A DNA stretch of 64,000 bases, taken from the NCBI GenBank assembly GCA_048772705.1, contig JBLWGC010000202.1, positions 124,001-188,000 of the forward strand, read 5' to 3'. How positions within the stretch are numbered: position 1 is the first letter of the stretch; every line of letters starts with the position of its first letter. Shown piece by piece: positions 20,598 through 30,591 of the stretch. This DNA is from Leidyana gryllorum EB-2025a (lineage: Eukaryota > Protista > Apicomplexa). The notes under the pieces are model-generated. The model saw nothing but the letters and a program-made list of their open reading frames with translations. It searched no databases and was not told the DNA's origin. The translations under genes were made by a program, and so were the position numbers.

Positions 20598-22742
20598 TCA
20601 ATACAAGAGGCCGGGAGTCGGCGTGCATGGTCCTAGTTCAACTGGTTGGTTGCCATACTCGATGAAGGCAAAGCGCCTCGGCTTCACTCCCTTGCGAGGA
20701 GCTCTCCGTCGCACCTCTTCGACAATCTCGGGTGCACGGGGAAGTAAACGTGAAGCCCACTCTTGTGTGACTGTCTTATCGGGTGTCCCCGCGGAACTCT
20801 CCAGTCCTGGGAAATGCAAAGGAACCTGGAAATCCTGATGGATCCGCGCTCCCGAGACTCCACCCACGTGAGTCACTGACAAGTTGACTTTATCGGCGGC
20901 CTGGCGAGGGATTCCAATGCGACAAATCCAAATTTCTTCTCTTGGTCCACGCTCACGGTACATGAACCCGATTCTCTGATGGCAGTCGCTCATCACGTAG
21001 AGCCAATCCTCCGTATCCGTCCTTCGGTATTGAACGGTGTCTTGATCCAGATGGTAGCCCAAATTCCAGGCCACGGTCTCCCAGTGCCTTTTCAGGTCCC
21101 CAGGAAGCTCCCGGCGCCAAACGGGCGTCTTGTACTTGTCTTTAGCGAGTTCGCGCGGAAGTTGGTCGGGTTCACCGCAAATGATCTTCACCTTACCATC
21201 CGGGGGCGTATAGTACACCGCATCAGGGATGAAGAGGTTTTCAGCCTTCAGCTCAGGCCACAGCCAGAAGCCGGGGGGACATCTGATCATCTGTTTGGGG
21301 TTGGCGCATACATAGGCTTCATTCGTTTCAGCAGAACCGTCGGAGGTGTACGTGATGAACCTCAGTCTTCCAATCCGAATCCCGTCACTCTCGGAACTGA
21401 GCATAAGTCGCGCTACTTCCTGAGCCTGTTGGAACTGAGCTGACTCCTCTTCCTCCCGCAAGATGTCAGGGAACTCATACCGACAAGAGAACTTCACGCT
21501 AGGGCTCTTCATGCTGCAGTAATACGTCATGCCCTTGTCATCCCACGATTCAAGATAACAGGTGTGACCCCCGTCTAAACACCACACGTTACCTTTCTTG
21601 TCGTCGGAAAATTCACCCAGAAGGCCTATTGACTCCAGTTCGTCTTTGATCCTTTGGGAGACAGAGGGGTCAACAGGCCTGCGCGAGTTGCAGCTCTGCA
21701 TGGATTCACCAGCCAGAAAGCTGCTGAGGGGAGCAGGTTTGTAATCCATTCTCGCGCCAGAGATAGACTTCCATACGGCTTCCCTCCGATCTGACAAAGC
21801 CATCTTCCGGCAATTTTCCCGATGCGTAGTGTGGATGGCTTGATCGACTCCCTCATGAGTGTAATAGCGCTCGTGGGGGCCCAAAGCCCAGTAGACGAAG
21901 CGTTCTTCGGGCTTCTCAGACGGGCCCAGAATGATCCGGCAGTGTTCACGATAGTCCTTCAGCCACTTCTCCGGGATCTCGCTCAGAGCTGTCTTCACCA
22001 ATGGGGCGTTGGCGAAGAAGGGGTGTGAAAGCTCGTAATTCTGGTCGTCTCCGGCACCCACAGGGATCGAACAGGAAAGGTCAACCTTCAATGTGTCCTG
22101 GTCAGCCAATTTATCACATTTGCGTACGCGCAAAGTGATCTCCTTCCATCCCGGGGTCGTGTGCCTCGCTTCGAGCTCGTTGCATTTGTCTCCACCCAGC
22201 TCTGCGGAGTCAGCCTCGCGCTTCCTCGTGATCGCCGACTCCATATCAATGAAGTCGACACACCAGAACTCGCGGTCAGCCGTCTCGCCGGACTCTTCAC
22301 ATGATTGTGGGTTGGAGGAGTCTTGGGCAGTGTGGGAGGTATCTCTCTCGACTACTGAGCTATCGTCTTGGCCAGTCTTGGTGGTCCAGAGGATCCGCCG
22401 TCCCTCTTGCTTTGCTCCCGCCAAGTACACAAGATCACTCAACTCATCTTGACGGAAAGATTTGATCTTGTCGTACCCCCTCATGTGACTCTTAGCCCAC
22501 TGATGTTGGCTCATGGCCTTCCACACCTCATCAGATTCCTCCAATCTCGTCCTTCCCAAGAAGTCCTCGCAGAATGCCGACTCCGCAACACTGTACTCGT
22601 TCCCTCCATCGACGGCAGTTTGGCCCGCGCCGTCACTCGAAGCTGTGCTATCGCTCGAAGGGACGAGAACAGCGGCTCCCACTTCGAGTGGCCACAATCC
22701 AACGGAATCACTCTTTTCAGCTTGGAAATGAGGAGTCTTCAT
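20598..22742 (-). CDS. LWPLEV-family array copy 7, 714 aa
   Basis: Intact intronless ORF with family motifs. Confidence 0.9.
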   Translation of the reverse strand: MKTPHFQAEKSDSVGLWPLEVGAAVLVPSSDSTASSDGAGQTAVDGGNEYSVAESAFCEDFLGRTRLEESDEVWKAMSQHQWAKSHMRGYDKIKSFRQDELSDLVYLAGAKQEGRRILWTTKTGQDDSSVVERDTSHTAQDSSNPQSCEESGETADREFWCVDFIDMESAITRKREADSAELGGDKCNELEARHTTPGWKEITLRVRKCDKLADQDTLKVDLSCSIPVGAGDDQNYELSHPFFANAPLVKTALSEIPEKWLKDYREHCRIILGPSEKPEERFVYWALGPHERYYTHEGVDQAIHTTHRENCRKMALSDRREAVWKSISGARMDYKPAPLSSFLAGESMQSCNSRRPVDPSVSQRIKDELESIGLLGEFSDDKKGNVWCLDGGHTCYLESWDDKGMTYYCSMKSPSVKFSCRYEFPDILREEEESAQFQQAQEVARLMLSSESDGIRIGRLRFITYTSDGSAETNEAYVCANPKQMIRCPPGFWLWPELKAENLFIPDAVYYTPPDGKVKIICGEPDQLPRELAKDKYKTPVWRRELPGDLKRHWETVAWNLGYHLDQDTVQYRRTDTEDWLYVMSDCHQRIGFMYRERGPREEIWICRIGIPRQAADKVNLSVTHVGGVSGARIHQDFQVPLHFPGLESSAGTPDKTVTQEWASRLLPRAPEIVEEVRRRAPRKGVKPRRFAFIEYGNQPVELGPCTPTPGLLY

Positions 22743-23230
22743 CGACGTTTCAGTGTTCTTTTTTCCACAAATCTAATTATGCGATGTCGGCAATCTGAAA
22801 GAAGGCAAATATTTATCCGTTTCATCTGCAATGTATTCGGATGGAAGTGCTCGCGGTGATTACACACTGTGTGCTCACAACGCCAGAGTATTCGGACGTC
22901 GCTCGGCAGGACCAGTGGCTCATCTGACCACCGAAAGCTCTGCTTTCTATTGTCATTCGGGAGAACTTTGCGTCCATTGAACTTTGGCGCGAGGGAGACG
23001 AATTACTCACAAAAATACTGAGAGAGGCCTCTCTGTCTCCAGGTACTGATGGTGTGGTTCACTATATCAACGTGAAAAGCTGCTAACTGGTTATGCCCTC
23101 GAGCTATCAAATCCAGTGAAGTGAATATTACTCAATCCATACAATGACACTACGCAGTGATCAATCTCAACATGTGGTCCCTCGTTCCCGCTACTTAGTT
23201 AGGCTGACAAAGTAGCGCGATCTTCTGATC

Positions 23231-25396
23231 TCAAAACATTGAGCCGGGGGCCGGCATACGAGTCCCAACTTCCACTGGTTGGTTTCCAAACTCGAAGGGG
23301 CCCAATCTTCTAGGTTTCACTCCGTTGTGAGGAGCTCTTCGTCGCACCTCTTCGAGAATCTCGGGCGCATTAGCAAACAGACGCAGAGCCCACAACTTCT
23401 CAATTGTCATCTCGGGTTGTCCTGCTGTGATCTCGAGCTTTGGGAAGTGCAAAGGGACTTCTAATTCTCCACGCGTCACGGTCTGTGGGAATCCTTTGTA
23501 GTAGGTGACCGACAGAGTGGCTTTATTGAAGTGCTTGCGAGGCCCATCGATTCGACAAAACCACAGATTGTCACTTGGTTCATGCTTACGGCACATGAAC
23601 CCGATTCTGCGGTTGTTGTCGCCCAACACGTACAGATAATCTCCCGTCTTCGTCTTTTGGTATTGCATGGTGTCTTGATCCGGGTGGTAGCCCAAATTCC
23701 AGGCCACATACCCCTGGAACTGTTTGAGGTCCTGGGGAAGCTCTCGGCGCCATCCCAATCCTTTGTTCTGTCCTTTCACGAGTCTGCGCGGAAGTTGGTT
23801 GGGTTCACCGCACAAGACCTTTGAGTCACCATTTGGGGGCGTATAGTACACCGCACCAGGGATGAAGAGATTTGCAGCCTTGAGCTCCGGCCACAGCCAG
23901 AAACCCGGGGGGAATCTGATCATCTTCTTGGGGTTGGCGCATACGTAGGCGTCAGTTACTTCACCAGAGTCGCCGTCGGACGAATACACAATGAACCTCA
24001 GTTTCCCAACATGGAGGCCGTCACTGTCGGAACCGACCAGAGTTCGCGCTACTTCCTCAGCTTGTTGGAATTGAGCTGACTTGTCGAGCGTCTCGTCCCG
24101 CAAGATGTCAGGGAACTCATAGCGACAAGAGAACTTCACGTCAGGGTTCTTCATGCTGCAGTAATAGGTCATGCCGGTGTCATCCCACGATTCAAGATAA
24201 CAGTTGTTACCCCCGTCTAAACACCACACGTTACCCTTCTTGTCGTCGAAGAATTCTCCCAGAAGGCCGGTTGACTCAAGTTCCTCTTTGATCCTTTGGG
24301 AGACAGAGGGGTCAAGAAACTTCAGCGAGCTGCAGCACTGTATCGCTCCACCAGCCAAAAAATGCTTCAGGGTAAACGGTTTGAAACCCATTCTCCCACC
24401 AGAGATAGACTTCCATACGGCTTCCCTTCGATCTGACAAAGTCATCTTTCGGCAATTCTCCCGATGCGCCGTGTGGACGGCGCGATCGACTCCCTCATCA
24501 GTGTGATAGCCCTCGTGGGGACCCAAAGCCCAGTAGACGAAGCGTTCTTCGGGCTTCTCAGACGGGCCCAGAATGATCCGGCAGTGTTCACGATAGTCTT
24601 TCAGCCACTTCTCCGGGATCTCGCTCAAAGCTGTCTTCAACAAAGGGGCGTTGGCGAAGAAGGGGTGTGAAGCTTTGTAATTCTGGTCGTCTGCGCCACA
24701 CACAGGAATCCAACAAGAAATGTTGGCAGTTAATATCTCCTTATTGCCCCATCGATCACATTTGCGCACGCGCAGAGTGATCTCCTTCCATCCTGGGGTC
24801 GTCTGCGTCTCGTTGGGGTTTTCTTCTAGGGAACCTTCTCCATCCGACCAATCTCCGTCCCACGCTCGGATGTCAGCCTCGCGCGCTTTCGTGATCGCCG
24901 ACTCCATATCAATGAAGTCGACACACCAGAACTCGCGGTCAGCCGTTGCGCCGCACTGCTCACTCGATTGTGGACTGGAGGAGTCTTGGGCAGTGTGCGA
25001 GGTGTCTCTTGCGACCACAGAGGTATTGTGTTGGCCAATTTTGGTGGACCAAAGAATCCGTCTCTCCTCTTGCTTTGCTTGTGCCAAGTACATAACATCA
25101 CTCAGCCCATCTTGACGAAAGGATTTGAGCGCGTCGTACCCTCTGATGTAACTCTTAGCCCACTTATGTTGGCTCATGGCCTTCCACACCTCATGGGAGT
25201 ACTCCCGACCCAGCAATTCTTCGAGGAATGTCGACTTCGCAACGCTACACTCGCTACCTCCCTCAACCGCAGGTTGGCCCGCACCATCACTCGAAGCTGT
25301 GCTATCGGTCAAAGGGACGAGAACGGCGGCTCCCACTTCGAGTGGCCACAATCCAGCGGAATCACTCTTCTCTGGTTGGAATTGAGGAGTTTTCAT
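23231..25396 (-). CDS. LWPLEV-family array copy 8, 721 aa
   Basis: Intact intronless ORF with family motifs. Confidence 0.9.
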   Translation of the reverse strand: MKTPQFQPEKSDSAGLWPLEVGAAVLVPLTDSTASSDGAGQPAVEGGSECSVAKSTFLEELLGREYSHEVWKAMSQHKWAKSYIRGYDALKSFRQDGLSDVMYLAQAKQEERRILWSTKIGQHNTSVVARDTSHTAQDSSSPQSSEQCGATADREFWCVDFIDMESAITKAREADIRAWDGDWSDGEGSLEENPNETQTTPGWKEITLRVRKCDRWGNKEILTANISCWIPVCGADDQNYKASHPFFANAPLLKTALSEIPEKWLKDYREHCRIILGPSEKPEERFVYWALGPHEGYHTDEGVDRAVHTAHRENCRKMTLSDRREAVWKSISGGRMGFKPFTLKHFLAGGAIQCCSSLKFLDPSVSQRIKEELESTGLLGEFFDDKKGNVWCLDGGNNCYLESWDDTGMTYYCSMKNPDVKFSCRYEFPDILRDETLDKSAQFQQAEEVARTLVGSDSDGLHVGKLRFIVYSSDGDSGEVTDAYVCANPKKMIRFPPGFWLWPELKAANLFIPGAVYYTPPNGDSKVLCGEPNQLPRRLVKGQNKGLGWRRELPQDLKQFQGYVAWNLGYHPDQDTMQYQKTKTGDYLYVLGDNNRRIGFMCRKHEPSDNLWFCRIDGPRKHFNKATLSVTYYKGFPQTVTRGELEVPLHFPKLEITAGQPEMTIEKLWALRLFANAPEILEEVRRRAPHNGVKPRRLGPFEFGNQPVEVGTRMPAPGSMF

Positions 25397-25881
25397 CGAC
25401 GCCTTAATGCTCTTTTTTGCACGAATCTAATTATGCGATGTCGGCACTGTGAAGAGGGGAAATATGTATCCGTACAATCTGCCATATATCCGGATGGAGG
25501 GGCTCGCAGTGGTCAAACATTCAGTCACACTACGCGCTCACAACGCCAGAATATTGAGAGGTCGGTCGGCAGCAGCAGTGACTCATCTCGCAACGTATAA
25601 GAGCTCCAGGGTACGTTTCGCAGGACCTGGCGTTGTTTGGTACTCAACGTCTCGGACTCATCGAAAGAGGCTTTCCCCAGAGTAGAAACACTGTGTCGTT
25701 CAGTGTGTGATGACACTCAATAAACTGCAAACAACTCAGAAATCAAGCTAAAAATCCCAGTGGAGTGAGAATTGCTAAACCCAACCCATTCAACGATAGC
25801 ACGCAATGATTAATCCGAACACGAAGTCCTTCCTCCCCATAATCGGGAAGGCTCGAGTTAGTCGCACAATCTTCCACACAC

Positions 25882-27984
25882 TCAATACAATAGGCCGAGG
25901 GCCGGGATACGAGTCCCAACTTCCAGTCGTTGGTTTCCATACTCGAGGGGGCCGAATTGCTTCGGCTTCAATCCATAGCGAGGAGCTCTCTGTCGCACCT
26001 CTTCGAGAATCTCGGGCGCATTAGCAAATAAACGCAAAGCCCGCATCTTCTCGATTTCCTCCTCCGGTTGTTCTGCTGTAATCTCGATCCCTGGGAAGTG
26101 CAAGGGAATATCCATTTCCTTACAGGTCACCGATTTCGGGAATCCTCTGTAATGAGTTACCAACAGAGTGGCTTTATCGACGTGCTTGCGAGGCCACTGG
26201 AGTCGACAAATCCAAAGCTCTTCTTGTGGTTCACGCTGATGGCACATGAACCCGACTCTGCAAAAGTTGTCGCTCAGTATGAAGAGGTAATCCTCCTTTT
26301 TCGTCCTGTGGTATTCCATGTCGTCGAGACTTGGAAAGCAGCCCAAATGCGCGTCCAGATACACCTCAAAGTCTTTCAGGTGCGAGGGAAGCTCCCCGCG
26401 CCACCGGAGCAGCTTTCCGTCCCATCTGAGGAGTCTGCGCGGAAGTTTGTGGGGTTGACCGCAGATGAGCTCCGAGAAGTCATCCTGGGGCATATGGTAG
26501 ACCGCCTCGGGGATGAAAAGCTCAGCTGTTACCAGCTCAGACCACAGCCAGAAGGCCGGAGGGGACCTGATCATCTTCTTGGGATTCGCACAGACATACG
26601 CTTCAGTTGTTTCGGCGGAACTGTCGGAGGGATACACTGTGAACTTCACTCTTCCAACCCGAACGCCGTCACTGTCGGAACCGAGCAGAGTTCGCGCTAC
26701 TTCCTCAGCCTGTGGAAATTGAGCCGACTCCTCTCGCGTCAGGTCCCGCAAGATGTCAGGGAATTCATACCGACAAGAGAACTTTACGTCAGGGTTCTTC
26801 ATACTGCAGTAATACGTCATGCCGGTGTCATCCCACGTTTCGATATAACAGGTGTCTCCCTCGTCGAAACACCACACGTTACCCTTCTTGTCCTCGAAGA
26901 ATTCTCCCAGAAGGCCGGTTGACTCAAGTTCCTCTTTGATCCTTTGGGAGACAGAGGGGTCAAGAAACTTCAGCGAGCTGCAGCACTGTATCGCTCCACC
27001 AGCCAAAAAATGCTTCAGGGTAAACGGTTTGAAACCCATTCTCCCACCAGAGATAGACTTCCATACGGCTTCCCTTCGATCTGACAAAGTCATCTTTCGG
27101 CAATTCTCCCGATGCGCCGTGTGGACGGCGCGATCGACTCCCTCATCAGTGTGATAGCCCTCGTGGGGACCCAAAGCCCAGTAGACGAAGCGTTCTTCGG
27201 GCTTCTCAGACGGGCCCAGAATGATCCGGCAGTGTTCACGATAGTCTTTCAGCCACTTCTCCGGGATCTCGCTCAAAGCTGTCTTCAACAATGGGGCGTT
27301 GGCGAAGAAGGGGTGTGAAAGCTCGTAATTCTGGTCGTCTTCGGCACACACAGGAATCGAACAGGAAAGGTCAACCTTCAATGTGTCCTGGTCAGCCAAT
27401 TTATCACGTTTACGCACGCGCAAAGTGATCTCCTTCCATCCTGGGGTCGTTTGCCTCGCTTCAAGCTCGTTGCATTTGTCTCCACCCACTTCTTCGGAGT
27501 CAGCCTCGCGAATGAAGTCGACACACCAGAATTCACGGTCAGCCGTCTCGCCAAACTCCCCATTCGACTGTAGACTGGTGGAGCCTTGAACGGTATCTCT
27601 CACGACGCCAGAGCGATTGTCTTGGACAGTCTTGGTGGACCAAATCATCCGTCTCTCTTCTAGCTTTGCTCTCGTCAAGTACCTGAATTCCCTCGGCTCC
27701 TCTCTGCACGCAGGGAGGATATCCTCATATCCTCTCATGTAACCCCTGACCCACTGATGTTGGTTCACGGCCTCCCACCCAGCATGAGAGTTCTCCCACC
27801 CAGGCTCTTCGTAGGATGTCGAAGCCGAAACACCACTCTCGTTACTCTCCTGGACGGCATACTGACCGGCGCCGTCACTCGGAGCCGTGCTGTCAGTCGA
27901 ACCGACGAGAACAGCCGCACCCACTTCAAGTGGCCACAATCCAACAGCGTCATTGTTTCGTGCTCGAAATTGAGGAGTTCTCAT
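25882..27984 (-). CDS. LWPLEV-family array copy 9, 700 aa (mosaic)
   Basis: Intact intronless ORF with blocks matching copies 2, 7 and 8. Confidence 0.9.
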   Translation of the reverse strand: MRTPQFRARNNDAVGLWPLEVGAAVLVGSTDSTAPSDGAGQYAVQESNESGVSASTSYEEPGWENSHAGWEAVNQHQWVRGYMRGYEDILPACREEPREFRYLTRAKLEERRMIWSTKTVQDNRSGVVRDTVQGSTSLQSNGEFGETADREFWCVDFIREADSEEVGGDKCNELEARQTTPGWKEITLRVRKRDKLADQDTLKVDLSCSIPVCAEDDQNYELSHPFFANAPLLKTALSEIPEKWLKDYREHCRIILGPSEKPEERFVYWALGPHEGYHTDEGVDRAVHTAHRENCRKMTLSDRREAVWKSISGGRMGFKPFTLKHFLAGGAIQCCSSLKFLDPSVSQRIKEELESTGLLGEFFEDKKGNVWCFDEGDTCYIETWDDTGMTYYCSMKNPDVKFSCRYEFPDILRDLTREESAQFPQAEEVARTLLGSDSDGVRVGRVKFTVYPSDSSAETTEAYVCANPKKMIRSPPAFWLWSELVTAELFIPEAVYHMPQDDFSELICGQPHKLPRRLLRWDGKLLRWRGELPSHLKDFEVYLDAHLGCFPSLDDMEYHRTKKEDYLFILSDNFCRVGFMCHQREPQEELWICRLQWPRKHVDKATLLVTHYRGFPKSVTCKEMDIPLHFPGIEITAEQPEEEIEKMRALRLFANAPEILEEVRQRAPRYGLKPKQFGPLEYGNQRLEVGTRIPALGLLY

Positions 27985-28271
27985 TGACGACTCGGTATAA
28001 CTCCTTCAGCAAAAGCAAATAAGTTGTGTTGGCAATCGCAGTGGGAAAAATACTCATCCTTTTCATCAGCCACCGAGTGGTCGCCCAAGATCCCATCCCC
28101 TCGACGCTCGCACCACTCCCAATCAGCCGCTGTAGACGGACTTAGAATGCCAATGTACCACAGAAATGACCATTCAGCCACCAACATATTCAAATAACCA
28201 GGGTTGGTGCGAGATAAACACTACCCAGCAAACGGTATCAAATGCTAATGCGCATCAGTCTGACAGCGTCT

Positions 28272-28290
28272 CACACACACACACACACAC
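28272..28290. repeat. (CA)9 microsatellite
   Basis: Read directly. Confidence 0.85.
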
Positions 28291-28411
28291 GAGTCGGCGG
28301 CCGTTTTCGGCATTGACATAAGTGAGCCGCAAATACAGATAGCGACTTGTTTTAGATTGTGTTGTCGATGATGCAGTGGGCCTCAAGACAGATTATTACT
28401 GCACCTATCGT

Positions 28412-30591
28412 TCAAATTGGCGGTATGGCCAAAAGAAGCCTGACTTTCAGGTACGAGTATCCAAAGTCGATTGTTTGCCATTCGATGGCCTTCCTCGCAT
28501 TGCCAGGAATTCTAAATTGCAAGTCTCGAACAAATGTGCGGGGCGTCGCTAAATAATCGTAACATGATAGATGTGTAAAAGTCTGATCCGCATTGCTTGA
28601 GCCATTCCGCGTGTTCCGGGAAGCGGATGGGGAAGTCGAATTGACCGGGAGGAGCATGGGGCTCGCGAGATCCCCATCTCTTGGTGTACCGTGTGACACA
28701 AAGGGTGCTCTCGTCCGGTTTATGCCGCAAGGGGATACGTAATCGACAAATCCATACGGCTTCGATTGGTTCAGGTTGATAGCACATGAATCCTGCCCCG
28801 AGGCAATCCTTGCCTGAAACGTATACATAGTCCTCTTCTCCGATCTTCTGATGCCGTATGTTGGATTGAAGATTATCAAAATCCAAGTGTATGGACAGAT
28901 ACGGAATATAGCCTTGTAGATGCGGGGGAAAATCCCTCACCCACTTTGCAGCCCTCCCTTTGGCCGCTGCCACTAGTTTGATCGGAACTTGGTTGGGCAG
29001 ACCACAGACGACATCCGCAACTTCATACCGAGGAGTGCAGTAGACTCCGTCGGGGACAAAGATTTTGCCATCGTTCAGCTCTTGCCACAGCCAGGAGGCT
29101 GCAGGGGCTTTGATCCCTCTCTTGGAGTCAGCGCATACATAGGCTTCACTTGTTTCAGCAGCATGGTTGGGGGTATACACTGTGAACTTCACTCTTCCAA
29201 CCCGAAGGCCGCCACTGTCGGAACCGAGCAGACTTCGCGCTACTTCCTCAGCCTGTTGAACTGAGCTGACTTCGTTCGCGTCTCGTCCCTCAAGATGTCA
29301 GGGAACTCGTACCGACAAGAGAACTTCACGTCAGGGTTCTTCATACTGCAGTAATACGTCATGCCGGTGTCATTCCACGATTCAAGATAACAGGTATCTC
29401 CCTCGTTGAAACACCACACGTTACCCTTCTTGTCAACGGAAAATTCCCCCAGAAGGCCTGTTGACTCAAGTTCCTCTTAGATCCTTTGGGAGACAGAGGG
29501 GTCAAAAAACTTCAGCGAGCTGCAGCACTGTATCGCTCCACCAGCCAAAAAATGCTTCAGGGTAAACGGTTTGAAACCCATTCTCGCGCCAGAGATACAC
29601 CTCCATACGGCTTCTCTCCGATCTGACAAAGCCATATCCCGATGCGCAGTGTGGACGGCTTGAGCGACTCCCTCATGAGTGTAATAGCCCTCGTGGGGGC
29701 CCAAAGCCCAGTAGACGAAGTGTTCTTCGGGCTTCTCAGACGGGCCAATGATGATCCGGCAGTGTTGGAGAAAGTCCTTCAGCCACTTTTCAGGGATGTC
29801 TTTTATGGCTTAAATCAGCAATGGGGCGTTGGCAAAGAAGGGGTGTGGGCAAAGAAGGGGTGTGAAGGTCTGTAATTGCGGTCGTCTTCGGCAAGCAATC
29901 CAACAGGGAAACTCAGTCATAAATGCTGCGTGCTCTCCTCAGTCATCACATTTGCGCGCGAGCAGAATAATCTCCTTCCACCCTAGGGGGTCTGAGTCTC
30001 GTTGAAGTTTTCTCCAAACGAATCTTCTGCATCCGGCTGAACTTTCATCTTAGCCTCGCGCCCCCTCGTGAACGCCGACTCCATATCAATGAAGTCGACA
30101 CTCCAGAATTCGCGGTCAGCCGGCTTGCCGAAGTATTCACTCGATTGCGGACTGGTGGAGTCTTTTGCAGTGTGAGAGGTATCTCCCTCGACCACAGAGC
30201 TATTGTCTTGGCCAATCTTGGTGGACCAGAGGATCCGTCTCTCCTTTTGCTGTGGACTTCTCAAGTACATACACTCACTGACTCCATCTTGGCGAAAATA
30301 CTTGATCGCCTCGTAACCTCTCATGCAATACTTGGCCCACTTATGTTGGTTCATGGCTTTCGACACCTCCTCAGATCGCTCCCATTTCCCCCACTCCGAC
30401 CAATCGTACAAGTCTTCGAGGAATACCGACTTCGCAACGCCACACTCGTTCCCTTCCCCAACGGCAGCTTGGCTCGTGCCGTCCCCCAAAACCGTACTGT
30501 CGGTCGCATCGGCAAATACGGCCACTCCCACTTCGAGTGGCCACAATCTTACGGACGCACCATTCCCTGCTTGAACATGAGGAGCTCTCTT
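28412..30591 (-). pseudogene. LWPLEV-family array copy 10, pseudogene
   Basis: Start ATG>AAG at 30591-30589. Frameshift and TAG near 29983, 17-bp tandem duplication at 29831-29864, TAA at 29477, and a further frameshift near 28530. Family motifs persist across the fragments. Confidence 0.85.
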
